From assembly GCA_049616955.1 (NCBI GenBank), contig JBMZIJ010000009.1:348-64347 (forward strand): DNA of 64,000 nucleotides. The letters run 5' to 3'. This DNA comes from Candidatus Poseidoniaceae archaeon. Lineage in GTDB: Archaea; Thermoplasmatota; Poseidoniia; Poseidoniales; Poseidoniaceae. The notes beneath the pieces were generated by a model, which saw only the letters and a program-made list of their open reading frames with translations, made no database searches and had not been told where the DNA came from. Below are positions 1 to 9,204 of this stretch, in pieces. The stretch's first letter is position 1. Every line of letters starts with the position of its first letter. Made by a program: the position numbers and the translations under genes.

Positions 1-225
1 GACAAGAAGATCTGTAGTATTGGTTTGTCCTTTCTTCGATGGGTTAGTCGACACGGGTTGACAATCAATTATGACACACCCAATGGTCGTGTTGAGAACC
101 TCGCAGGGTGTGGCCTTACAGAGGCGACAACAACATCACTTTCCAATTTAGGAACGAGGGTTACAAGACAACAACTTGAAGATGCTTTACTTCAGTCGAT
201 TTCAACCATACTGGATCGACATTGA
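1..225 (+). CDS. 3' end of an unidentified CDS entering from the left window edge
   Basis: Frame 1 is open from base 1 to the TGA at 223-225. The stop overlaps the TTG at 222 that opens the ubiX ORF. No motif is recognisable in the visible residues. Confidence 0.4.
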   Translation, partial: DKKICSIGLSFLRWVSRHGLTINYDTPNGRVENLAGCGLTEATTTSLSNLGTRVTRQQLEDALLQSISTILDRH

Positions 226-851
226 ATGTGAGGAAACAAACAAGTGCATATATGAGAATGGCTGGATTTGATAACATGGGAGAGGTCGTTCTCGGGATAT
301 CGGGTGCAAGTGGTGCCATCTATGGTGTGCGTCTTGCGCAGGCACTGAACGAACTTGGTGTCGGCATTCGACTCGTTGTTAGTGATTCAGGTCGCATCAC
401 ACTCAAGCATGAATGCGAAACAACTCCAGAGGCCCTTGCAGAAGAGACTGGCGCCATCCTCGAGGAACAAGCCAATATCGGTGCGAAGTCTGCTTCAGGC
501 TCGGCACCCATTGACGCCGTTGTCATATGTCCTTGTTCTGGGACGACCCTCGGAAAACTCGCAGCAGGTATCGGTGATAACCTCATTACACGTTCTGCCA
601 TTGTTGCCATGAAGGAACAGCGTAAACTCATCATCGTACCTCGTGAGGCACCCTATGCAACAGTCCATCTTGAAAACATGGCCAAACTATCAGGTTGGGG
701 CACCGTCGTGATCCCAGCATCACCTGGATTCTACAACCACCCAACATCCATCGATGACATGGTCGATTTCGTTGTTGCGCGTATCCTTGACCAAATCGGT
801 CTTGAGCATACCATCGGCAAGCGTTGGACGGGCGAAGAGTTGGACGAATAA
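222..851 (+). CDS. ubiX: Flavin prenyltransferase UbiX/Pad1 family
   Basis: Motifs GISGASGAIYG, ICPCSGTTLGKLA, ITRSAIVAMKEQRKLIIVPREAPY..HLENM and PASPGFY match the UbiX pattern. The ORF opens at TTG 222. In-frame ATGs at 252, 258 and 276 are alternative starts. Confidence 0.85.
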   Translation: MNVRKQTSAYMRMAGFDNMGEVVLGISGASGAIYGVRLAQALNELGVGIRLVVSDSGRITLKHECETTPEALAEETGAILEEQANIGAKSASGSAPIDAVVICPCSGTTLGKLAAGIGDNLITRSAIVAMKEQRKLIIVPREAPYATVHLENMAKLSGWGTVVIPASPGFYNHPTSIDDMVDFVVARILDQIGLEHTIGKRWTGEELDE

Positions 852-900
852 GACACAAAAAGCCAACGGGTTCAAATGAGCAAACCGTTTCTTGGTTTTC

Positions 901-2625
901 ATGAGCACCGGCGATTCGCTTGAATCCTTGACGGTTGAGCAACTCAAAACAAAGCTCGAAGAGCGTGGCCTCTCAAAATCAGGGAAGAAAGCAGAACTCG
1001 TTGAACGACTTCGCGTCACCGATGAGGCAAAGGTCATTGAGTTGGGTAGCTCGTTCTGGAGTCGACAAGTCATTGGCCAATTTAGTCTCGCTCAAACGGT
1101 TGGTTCTGTGGCTGCAGTTCTCCTTCTCATGGTCGTTGTCTTTAATCCCTCCATTCTTGGATTTGGTGAGGATGAACCCGTCTACCAACCGATTGGGTTT
1201 GATGCAAGTCAAACACGTTGGTATGCCCAAGAACTCGTCAATCTGGGACACCCAGAATGGGAAGGCCGTATGTCAGGAAGTCCTGAAGAGGCGGCTGGCG
1301 CACAAATGATTCTGGATAACCTTACTGAAATGGGATACTCGCCACAATTGAATACCTATCCTGTCCCGATGTTTGCCATCAACAGCGCACCAATACTCTC
1401 GATGTGCATACCGCCTGCAGGAGGACTCTTCGGCGCCCCAGTTACGGGAGCTTCTTGCAACTCCGGTGCAGGAGCCCAAATCACCACATTCGAACACCGA
1501 ACCAATTTTGTTCTGCAAGGATATTCAGGTTCTGCTGACATTCAATTTGGTCAAGAAATGGAATTGATCGACCTTGATGATGGAACGAACGACGGATTAT
1601 GGACTGATGCATCGGGCAAGGTCGGCATCATTCGTGGTGGAAGCAGCATTGATGGAAACACGGGGATCTACATCAAAGCAGCAGAATTTGGGTTGGCTGC
1701 TATCCTACGAATCAACAATCAATCGAATTGTGGACAAATCGTTGCTGATGATTGCATTCCAATCTTCAAATCAATTCGAGTCGATGAAATGAAGGCGGCC
1801 AATAGTGGTTCAATCCCAGAGGATATTCCGTTCATTGCCGTTTCCAACAATACTGGAAATCAGATGCTTGAATTGGCTTCTCAAGGTGCATTTTTGCGAT
1901 TGTTTTCAGATGTCGATAATGCTGGTGAACTTTCTGTAAGTGTCCCATGTGGTACACTCTACGGCAAGAGCGAAGACCTCATCATCGTAGGAGCGCATCA
2001 CGATACGGTGTATCATGCACAGGGAGCGGTGGATGACACATCGGGAACCGCAAGCGTTCTTGAGATGGCTCGCCAGATTGCTATGATCGCCAATGAGAGT
2101 GGAACACCGGAGTACACGCTGCGCTTCTGCACATGGGGCGGAGAAGAGGAAGGCCTCTGGGGCAGCAAAGCCTACGTCGGTGCAAACGCCAACGAACTTG
2201 CGAGAAACCTTCGTTTGTACGTGAACTTGGACATGAACCATGTTGACATCGACCCAGCAAGTCGCGGCAACAGTCTTCGATTCTTCTCGAACTCAAAAGA
2301 AGACATTGATGCAATGAAAGATGTTCTCGATGTTCTTGAGAAAGAGCGAGAAGACCTCTTCCCGAAGTATTCTGTGTCGACCGGGTTGTATCAAGGAGCA
2401 CAAGGCGAACCTGACGGCATGCCCTACAATTCCGACCACGGCCCATTCGTGTACGATTTACCCGATGGAGTAACAGGAAATGCGTTGGTCTGTTATGGAT
2501 CAGGATCTTGGGAATATCACACCTATGCAGACACCATGGATCGATTCAATGAGGAATCCCTTGGCGTATCCGTCATCGCTTATGGAACCTACATCCGTCA
2601 CCTTGCTTGGCCTGTCTTTGAATGA
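901..2625 (+). CDS. Membrane-anchored M28-family metallopeptidase with an N-terminal SAP motif
   Basis: The SAP-like helix-extended-helix is LTVEQLKTKLEERGLSKSGKKAELVERL. One hydrophobic segment follows (VGSVAAVLLLMVVVF). The M28 signatures are GAHHDTV..GAVDDTSGTASVLEMAR and WGGEEEGLWGSKAYV. ATG 901 is preferred over TTG 892. Confidence 0.8.
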   Translation: MSTGDSLESLTVEQLKTKLEERGLSKSGKKAELVERLRVTDEAKVIELGSSFWSRQVIGQFSLAQTVGSVAAVLLLMVVVFNPSILGFGEDEPVYQPIGFDASQTRWYAQELVNLGHPEWEGRMSGSPEEAAGAQMILDNLTEMGYSPQLNTYPVPMFAINSAPILSMCIPPAGGLFGAPVTGASCNSGAGAQITTFEHRTNFVLQGYSGSADIQFGQEMELIDLDDGTNDGLWTDASGKVGIIRGGSSIDGNTGIYIKAAEFGLAAILRINNQSNCGQIVADDCIPIFKSIRVDEMKAANSGSIPEDIPFIAVSNNTGNQMLELASQGAFLRLFSDVDNAGELSVSVPCGTLYGKSEDLIIVGAHHDTVYHAQGAVDDTSGTASVLEMARQIAMIANESGTPEYTLRFCTWGGEEEGLWGSKAYVGANANELARNLRLYVNLDMNHVDIDPASRGNSLRFFSNSKEDIDAMKDVLDVLEKEREDLFPKYSVSTGLYQGAQGEPDGMPYNSDHGPFVYDLPDGVTGNALVCYGSGSWEYHTYADTMDRFNEESLGVSVIAYGTYIRHLAWPVFE

Positions 2626-2662
2626 GCGTTGAGTTCAAGAAGGCAGTGCGAGTGGGTTGTTC

Positions 2663-2953
2663 ATGGTAAAACCGAGCGCACACGCTTCGCACATTTTGGT
2701 CGCTTCAAAATCAGAAGCAGTTCAAATCTCTGAGAAGATTGGAAAACTCAAGGATTTTGAAAAACTTGCTCGCAAAAAATCGACCTGTCCATCCTCTCAA
2801 CGTGGCGGCGATCTCGGTTGGTTCCGAAAAGGAAACATGGTTCGCGAGTTTGAGGAGGCCGTATGGAGAACGCCTCTCAAAACGGTTTCAACACCGGTCA
2901 AAACCCAATTTGGATACCATCTCATATGGGTTCATGAACGCGATGAGGAGTGA
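2663..2953 (+). CDS. Parvulin-type peptidyl-prolyl cis-trans isomerase (PpiC/PinA-like)
   Basis: Motifs ASHILV, CPSSQRGGDLGWF, M..EFEEAV and T.FGYHLI are typical of single-domain parvulins. ATG 2663 lies inside the ORF that opens at TTG 2657. Confidence 0.8.
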   Translation: MVKPSAHASHILVASKSEAVQISEKIGKLKDFEKLARKKSTCPSSQRGGDLGWFRKGNMVREFEEAVWRTPLKTVSTPVKTQFGYHLIWVHERDEE

Positions 2954-3315
2954 GCGACATGCCCATCTCGGTTGGCTTAGACAATTATCTCGTTCATGGT
3001 GTACACGGATTTTACGATGAGGAACATCTGAACTCTCAACCGTTCAACATCTCCATACGTGTCGATCTTTCCAGTACAGTTGAAGATGGGAAGATTGGAA
3101 CCACGGTTGATTATGCTCAACTTCAACAAGCCGTCGATGCTGTTGTCTTGAATTCTGAACCAATTCGCTTGCTTGAGACCATGGCACATCGAATTGCCGA
3201 GATGATTCAATCCTCTGAGAACGCTGAAACCGTGTTTGTTCGAATCGAAAAGCCAGAAGCACCGCTCCCTCATCCTGGCGGATTGCCATTCATTGAATAT
3301 ACCTGGAATCGTTGA
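2950..3315 (+). CDS. folB: Dihydroneopterin aldolase (FolB-like)
   Basis: The pattern L.VHGVHGFYDEE....QPF.ISI.VDL, TVDYAQL and VRIEKP fits the FolB/tunnel-fold family. GTG 2950 overlaps the parvulin stop. ATG 2959 is an alternative start. Confidence 0.7.
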   Translation: MSDMPISVGLDNYLVHGVHGFYDEEHLNSQPFNISIRVDLSSTVEDGKIGTTVDYAQLQQAVDAVVLNSEPIRLLETMAHRIAEMIQSSENAETVFVRIEKPEAPLPHPGGLPFIEYTWNR

Positions 3316-3368
3316 TTTTTGTTTCCTCAAATGGGAGGATTCAAAGGCCTGAGCCTCCAAGGCATGCC

Positions 3369-3863
3369 ATGGATTCTCCGAGCCGAGTCTATGTTCCATC
3401 CGTCCTTGAGGCGGACGGAAACGCAATCGGCATGGGCTGTTTTAGTACGGAGCAAATCGCATGGGAAGTGATGAAAACCTTCCTTGGGAAAAGCGAGCAA
3501 ATGAATCTAGAACAAGCAACAATCATCGCATGGGATGTTGATGTTGTCGGAGAAGATGGCATGACGATATTGACCAAACTGGAAGGAAAGATTTGCCCAG
3601 TCTGTCAACGAAAGACCTTCTGGGTTGACCTCGAACATCTCTCGGCTTTGTGCTATGGATCCCAATGCTCTGCATGGATTGAACAGAGTACCGTCGATCC
3701 TGAAATCATTGATTGTGGGTGGCCACCACTACGTTTCTTGAAGCAAGTCAAAGAGATTGAAGAAGCATACAACGAATTGCGAACCATTGGAGCTGATGTA
3801 CTAGCTTCGACCGATGAACATCCGGATACAGTGACGCAGTCGATGTACGAGTCCACCTATTGA
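3369..3863 (+). CDS. Hypothetical protein with a Cys4 zinc-ribbon-like motif
   Basis: This is a long ORF without a competing call. It contains CPVCQRK...CYGSQC. ATG 3369 is preferred over TTG 3312. Confidence 0.45.
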   Translation: MDSPSRVYVPSVLEADGNAIGMGCFSTEQIAWEVMKTFLGKSEQMNLEQATIIAWDVDVVGEDGMTILTKLEGKICPVCQRKTFWVDLEHLSALCYGSQCSAWIEQSTVDPEIIDCGWPPLRFLKQVKEIEEAYNELRTIGADVLASTDEHPDTVTQSMYESTY

Positions 3864-3875
3864 CAAGGAAAAGAA

Positions 3876-5645
3876 TCACATTTCTTCGATTGGTGTTATT
3901 CCCAATCCCTCAAGGCCAGAGCGCATGAGTTCTCGAGCCATTTCACTGATTGAAAAAGCGAATCCATCAACTTCCCCATCTCTGACGACTGGACAATCTC
4001 GATAGAATCCATTGTATGCATTCGCGAGTTCAAGCATGTGGAGTGCAAACAAGTGTGCTTTCTGTTCTCGTACGGAACGTTCGAGGACATCATTGTGCGT
4101 ACACATCAGCCGTAACAACTCTACCAATCCTTCTGGCATCGATTCCACCGATGGACATTGAACAGGAGATGTAGGAAGTGTACCAGCACGCTTTGAGATG
4201 GAACAAGCACGCGTATGAGCGTACATGATGAACGGAGCAGAACCCGCTTCGAAAGCCAGCGCTTCCTCCCAGCGGAACGTGAATCCTTTCTCAGGACTTA
4301 CCTTGATGATGTTAAATCGAACGGCAGCTGTTCCAACCGCTTCAGCAATTTTGGCAACTTTCTCATCGTCGTATTCTGGACGCAGCTCTCGAACAACAGC
4401 AGATGCTTGTGCATGTGCCTCTTCCAAAAGATCGTCCATGAAAACCACGTTACCCCTTCGAGTACTCATCTTGCCCTCAGGTAATTTGATGAACGAATAA
4501 AACAAGACTTCAGGTCGTTTCTGATTCAGCTCTTCAAGCGTAAGGCCAACTTGCTTTGCTTGCAACTTATGATCTTCACCAAGAACGTTAACCAGACGAT
4601 TGGACTCACCCCATTTCCACATGTGGTAAGCAACGTCACGTGTGGCATAAAGACTCGAACCATCTCCCCTTCTATAGAAAAATTCAGTCTTGCCCTTGAG
4701 TCCACGTTGGCCAAGATCGAGGAAGCCTGCACCGTTGTCAGCAGTACCTGCGATTTCCAGCGCATCCAAAGTGCTCATCAAATCTGCAACGGTGCCATCA
4801 ACAACAAACCTCGATTCCTTCGTGAAGGTATCATAGGAAATACCCAGTCGAGAAAGTGTAGCAAGCATTCCATCAAGAACAGGCGTGTATGCTGATTCAA
4901 AGGATTCTAAGACGCCAAGATCGCCGTGTTCACTTGCGTGTACCAGTGTACCGATTTCGTTCTCGATCTGCGCCTTTCTATCCTCATCAGCGTCCTTTCT
5001 CAAAACCTGTGCCGCCTGATACCAGCGAACCCGTTGGTGGTCGGCTTTCGTCAACCATCGTTCCGAGGGTGGTTCTCGATCTGAGAGGAGTTCATTCACC
5101 TCGTCCTCGGAAAGATTCTCAAGAGCCCAGGCAAGAACACCTACCTGTTTACCCATATCATCGACATAATATTCTGCTCGGACATCATCACCGTGAAGCC
5201 TGTGCAAACGAACCAATGTATCACCCAATATGGCATTTCGAGCACGTCCAACGTGGAATGGACCATTCGGATTTGCTGACGTGTGTTCAATGAGAACGTT
5301 CTCACCAGTTCGACCAGAATTCTTGAGAGCAGATCCAACATCGACTTGATTGGAAAGGACAGAATCAGCTAACCACTCAGGGTTCGCTGTGAAGTTCAAG
5401 TATCCGTTCACGGAAGAAACGTTCAGTAAGGCCTCAATGGATGGAAATTGTTCGGCTAAGTCATCAGAAATGGCTTGTGGTGCTTTTTTGAGTATGGAAG
5501 CAAAAGGAAAACACGGCAGAGTCAAATCACCTTGACTGGCCTCACGACTCGGCTGGAGCAATGGATCCCATGCCGCTTTGTCAACACCCATTTGAGACAG
5601 AATAGCCTCCAAGTGGGGCGATATCTCTGCTCGAAGTAATTTCAT
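3876..5645 (-). CDS. argS: Arginine--tRNA ligase
   Basis: It has a HIGH-type motif (SANPNGPFHVGRARNAILGD), a KMSKS-type motif (KMSTRRG) and a C-terminal anticodon-binding domain. The length of 589 aa is typical. Confidence 0.95.
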   Translation of the reverse strand: MKLLRAEISPHLEAILSQMGVDKAAWDPLLQPSREASQGDLTLPCFPFASILKKAPQAISDDLAEQFPSIEALLNVSSVNGYLNFTANPEWLADSVLSNQVDVGSALKNSGRTGENVLIEHTSANPNGPFHVGRARNAILGDTLVRLHRLHGDDVRAEYYVDDMGKQVGVLAWALENLSEDEVNELLSDREPPSERWLTKADHQRVRWYQAAQVLRKDADEDRKAQIENEIGTLVHASEHGDLGVLESFESAYTPVLDGMLATLSRLGISYDTFTKESRFVVDGTVADLMSTLDALEIAGTADNGAGFLDLGQRGLKGKTEFFYRRGDGSSLYATRDVAYHMWKWGESNRLVNVLGEDHKLQAKQVGLTLEELNQKRPEVLFYSFIKLPEGKMSTRRGNVVFMDDLLEEAHAQASAVVRELRPEYDDEKVAKIAEAVGTAAVRFNIIKVSPEKGFTFRWEEALAFEAGSAPFIMYAHTRACSISKRAGTLPTSPVQCPSVESMPEGLVELLRLMCTHNDVLERSVREQKAHLFALHMLELANAYNGFYRDCPVVRDGEVDGFAFSISEMARELMRSGLEGLGITPIEEM

Positions 5646-5654
5646 TTGAACGCC

Positions 5655-6935
5655 TCACATCATTGGATAACGAAGAATTGCAGCAAGGCCGCCAAAGCCA
5701 TGGGCAAGTTGTGCACCCTCTTCTGTATCGATGGAAATAAAGGCGATTTCACTGTTGGATTTAGCCGACATTTCACTGAGGACATCGATCAGAGATGTAT
5801 TGGACAGTTCCTTATGTGAGTCGTTACCTACTCCGCACGAAGGACACTCCGGGAGCTCTTCTGTACGGGAAAGCGAAGACGTCCATGCGTGTCCACACGC
5901 TCCACATTCAATTTCAACGGAATTCTTTCGCATGCTTTCGGAAATGAGGAGTGTGTCTACAGCACCTTGGTCGAGCGCTTTTCGGATCATCATCTCACCA
6001 TACGTTGCACGAGGTTGTGCTTTGATCAATTCACCGAGGAAACGGTTCATGATTTGACGCTCAGCATCCAACTCAATTTCACCCATCAAGGCACCAGCGT
6101 TGTCCACCAGTTCGCGCACGCCCGATTCGTTGGAATAACCAACATCGAAATGGGTCTTTGCAATCTTCTTGGCAATTTCATGGTGGAAGTATTCGTTTCG
6201 AACAACGTAATCTTTCGTCGCACCTGGGCCGCCGATAATGATGGCCTGAATGTTCTCGAGATTTGGCAACCAATACGAACAAGCATGTTCCGTTGCCCGC
6301 TTGAAGAAATTGTGGGCTGCTTCTTCAATCAAGCGTTCGAAACGTTGAGCTGATTGACCACCTTGTCGGTGTTTCCCCATGATGTTAGAAACCAAATGTT
6401 CCTGAACGTGAATACGCTTTCCAGAGGCAATCCCGTAAGCGGCTTCAGAACGATCAATCACAAACAAACCGTAGGAGCGCTTGTCGACAAGCATGTCCTC
6501 CAGTTGCGTTAATTCAAACGATGAATCGCAACGATAACGGAAGGAAAGCAATGCTTGAGGAGGGTCATCGATAACCACCGTGGTCTGTCGAGTCTTGTTG
6601 TTTCCAACGATGATTGCTCCAGTAAACAGAGCGATTCCTCGCTCACCTGCGTTCTTGAATCGCGAGAGGGATGAGATTGCAGACTCGATGGCGCCTTGGA
6701 CATTCTTTCGGGTGGACTTCGATTTGATGTTCGCAGCCTGCCCGTGTTCATTTTGAAGCAAGGAACGAGCATCGCTTATTTGGCGATCTGGAGGGATGAT
6801 TACTGTTACAAGTTCAGTGCCGAATCCCTTCATTTCTCGAAGATCCTCAAGAGCCAGTTTGAGACGAAGTCTTCTCGTTGCTAGTTCACCATCGTCCGAC
6901 AACGTTTGACCCCCTATCTGTTGGGGTCGAACCAA
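5655..6935 (-). CDS. prf1: Peptide chain release factor aRF1
   Basis: The NIKS (ANIKSKS), YxCxxxF (YRCDSSF) and GGQ (RQGGQSAQRF) motifs are all present. There is a Cys4 insert in the C-domain. The ORF opens with TTG 6935 and has no ATG before residue 35. A TTG at 6902, preceded by GGGGGT, is an alternative start. Confidence 0.93.
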   Translation of the reverse strand: MVRPQQIGGQTLSDDGELATRRLRLKLALEDLREMKGFGTELVTVIIPPDRQISDARSLLQNEHGQAANIKSKSTRKNVQGAIESAISSLSRFKNAGERGIALFTGAIIVGNNKTRQTTVVIDDPPQALLSFRYRCDSSFELTQLEDMLVDKRSYGLFVIDRSEAAYGIASGKRIHVQEHLVSNIMGKHRQGGQSAQRFERLIEEAAHNFFKRATEHACSYWLPNLENIQAIIIGGPGATKDYVVRNEYFHHEIAKKIAKTHFDVGYSNESGVRELVDNAGALMGEIELDAERQIMNRFLGELIKAQPRATYGEMMIRKALDQGAVDTLLISESMRKNSVEIECGACGHAWTSSLSRTEELPECPSCGVGNDSHKELSNTSLIDVLSEMSAKSNSEIAFISIDTEEGAQLAHGFGGLAAILRYPMM

Positions 6936-6978
6936 GGGTTTTCAACTCTCGCCTTGGATTTGATAGGACAAGCCATAA

Positions 6979-7001
6979 GAAACGCCTTGACGAGGCGTTT
7001 C
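6979..7001. promoter_or_regulatory. Perfect 9-5-9 inverted repeat (GAAACGCCT-TGACG-AGGCGTTTC) directly before the pyrH ATG
   Basis: Read directly from the sequence. It lies in the 67-nt divergent aRF1/pyrH spacer and ends one base before ATG 7003. No SD sequence is present. Confidence 0.3.
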
Positions 7002-7002
7002 T

Positions 7003-7704
7003 ATGGTCGCACCAACCATCATTGCACTTGGAGGTTCGCTATTGTACGGCGACCATGATGTCAAGACATGGCTTGGACAACTCCGCCAGACGATTGTTCA
7101 TGTCGAGGGGAATGGCCGAAAAATTGGTCTTGTTGTTGGTGGCGGAAAACCTGCAAGAGACGGGATTCAACTCGCACAAAACCTCATTTCAGACCGTTTC
7201 AAACTTGATGAAATCGGTATTGCAGCAACCCGATTGAACGCAACCGTGTTGCAGACCATGTTGGCCGAGATCGGTTGCAATGTTGCAAACGTTATTCCAA
7301 CAACGACCGACGAGGCAGCAGGCTTGTTCGAGCAATACAACATCGTCGTCATGGGAGGAACCAAACCAGGACATACAACAGATGCAGTGAGTGTTGCTTT
7401 CGCTCGCGATGCGGGTGCAGCACATGTCATCATTGCGACCAACGTATCGCACGTTTACACGGCTGATCCACGTACCAACGATGACGCTGAGCCACTTGAA
7501 ACGCTTACGTTATCCCAACTCCAGGACATTACTGGCAAAGATGCCCTCAAGCCTGGTCAAAGCGCTGCCGTTGACCCAATTGCAGTCAATTGGGCCATCG
7601 AGTGTGGGTTAAGAATTGGCGTTCTTGATGGACGTGACATCCGTCGGATTGAAGATGCATTGGAAGGACGCCCATTTGAGGGAACCTTGGTTCAACCGGA
7701 GTGA
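7003..7704 (+). CDS. pyrH: Uridylate (UMP) kinase, archaeal type
   Basis: It shows the amino-acid kinase fold pattern IIALGGSLL, VVGGG, VVMGGTKPGHTTDAV and IATNV..VYTADP. Confidence 0.85.
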   Translation: MVAPTIIALGGSLLYGDHDVKTWLGQLRQTIVHVEGNGRKIGLVVGGGKPARDGIQLAQNLISDRFKLDEIGIAATRLNATVLQTMLAEIGCNVANVIPTTTDEAAGLFEQYNIVVMGGTKPGHTTDAVSVAFARDAGAAHVIIATNVSHVYTADPRTNDDAEPLETLTLSQLQDITGKDALKPGQSAAVDPIAVNWAIECGLRIGVLDGRDIRRIEDALEGRPFEGTLVQPE

Positions 7705-7708
7705 TTTG

Positions 7709-7978
7709 ATGGTCGATGCATCCGCAGTGAAGCAGAAAGTCAAGAATATGCCAAAGCGTTCGAAGGCGATGGCTCACATACCATCGCACAAGCATTGTCG
7801 TGTGTGTGGCATCGACATATCTGCAAAGGCCGAAGAGCGCGTTTGTAAGGATGAAGATTGCATCAAGAAGTACGAAAAGGATGAGAGAAATAAAGAACGA
7901 ATGCGAGTATGGATGTTGATTTTCTTCGGCATCTTCGCCTTCCTAACCATCTTACCAGTTCTGGCTCGATTGATGTAA
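7709..7978 (+). CDS. Small Zn-ribbon protein with a C-terminal TM helix (DUF2116-like)
   Basis: It contains HKHCRVCG.......VCKDEDC followed by the hydrophobic tail WMLIFFGIFAFLTILPVLA. ATG 7709 lies 5 nt after the pyrH stop. The longer ORF from 7616 overlaps pyrH. Confidence 0.55.
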   Translation: MVDASAVKQKVKNMPKRSKAMAHIPSHKHCRVCGIDISAKAEERVCKDEDCIKKYEKDERNKERMRVWMLIFFGIFAFLTILPVLARLM

Positions 7979-7980
7979 TA

Positions 7981-9093
7981 TTAGCGAGACCTGTGCCAAC
8001 CTTCAGGCAGGACAAGCGGATCAACCACTTGCGCTGCTTTGACTTTACGAACGACTTCCAATCGCAGGGCTTCGAGACCAACGTTTTCCAACGCACTCAT
8101 CGTTGGCCGGCCTTCATCATCATGGAGAAGTGGCAATTTTGGCTCTCCTTGCGAACCATTGTCTCGCCAGCGTTCTTCTGATTCCTTGACGAAGTCCCAA
8201 TCTTTTGGAAGAGGTTTGAGTGCATCGGCCTTGGAACTTACGACCAACAATTCTGTACCTGGCAAGAGTCGTTCAACATCCTCCAAGAGATTCATCTGAT
8301 CCTCCCAAGACATCCCGCATGTCTCGGTTCGATCAATGAGGAACAAGACCAAACTACCGATGTGCTCCAAGGCTGCAATCGCTTGCAATTCAATGGAGTT
8401 TCGCTCATCCATCGGCCTGTCCAACAATCCCGGAGTGTCGACCATCTGGTGTTGAAGGCGTCGATGTGTAAAGTGGCCAATGTGAATCTGTTTGGTCGTA
8501 AACGGATAGTGATTGACTTCCATGTTTCCTGAGGACAAGGCACTGATGAAAGCGGACTTACCAACATTCGGAGCGCCACAAACGACGATCACCGGGAGGC
8601 TACTATCGATTTGAGGAAGAGCTTTCAGGATTTCACGTGATTCGTTCAGCCATTTCAAAGAAGGTCCTACTCTGCCCATGATTGAGCCAATGCGTCCATA
8701 GGCTTCACGCCGGGCTTCGTGCATCAATTCGATACGTGCAGTACGGACAATCTTTCGGCTGTTTTGGGTTGCAATTCGTTGGACTTGAGAAGCACCCCAT
8801 TGCAACATCGACAAGTGGTGACGGTAATCATCGGTACCAACACAAGCCTCGATCATAGCAACATCAAATTGTGGCGATTGATCCAACGAGGGCCAGGTCT
8901 TCACCGTCTCAGTCAACATCGTATGAATGATATCTGCTGCAGTTTGTACCATTCGAGTCATTTGTTTACGTGTTCGGAACACACGATTTGGGTCTTCAAC
9001 ACGGTCTGCGGCTTTGCGAGCACGTGAGAACGCCTTGTCGAGAACTTCGTCCTCGAACAAGACCGTTGGTAACTGCCGCCACGTTACTTTCAT
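7981..9093 (-). CDS. NOG1-family GTP-binding protein
   Basis: The G1 motif is GAPNVGKS, the G2 region is YPFTT, G3 is DTPGL, and there is an N-terminal NOG1-type helical domain. Confidence 0.85.
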   Translation of the reverse strand: MKVTWRQLPTVLFEDEVLDKAFSRARKAADRVEDPNRVFRTRKQMTRMVQTAADIIHTMLTETVKTWPSLDQSPQFDVAMIEACVGTDDYRHHLSMLQWGASQVQRIATQNSRKIVRTARIELMHEARREAYGRIGSIMGRVGPSLKWLNESREILKALPQIDSSLPVIVVCGAPNVGKSAFISALSSGNMEVNHYPFTTKQIHIGHFTHRRLQHQMVDTPGLLDRPMDERNSIELQAIAALEHIGSLVLFLIDRTETCGMSWEDQMNLLEDVERLLPGTELLVVSSKADALKPLPKDWDFVKESEERWRDNGSQGEPKLPLLHDDEGRPTMSALENVGLEALRLEVVRKVKAAQVVDPLVLPEGWHRSR

Positions 9094-9204
9094 CGGAACC
9101 CCAAATCAAGCGGAGCGTCAACCCTTGAAGAACCCCTCACCCAGTTCGGTGGACGAAGAAAGAAATTGCACATGGTTATGTAGGGTCGCCAACCAGACAT
9201 CATC

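Noticed and set aside
5655-6935. The possibility of an altered genetic code or stop-codon reassignment, judged from aRF1.
   Set aside because: The NIKS, YxCxxxF and GGQ motifs are canonical. All three stop codons are seen terminating well-supported genes in the window.
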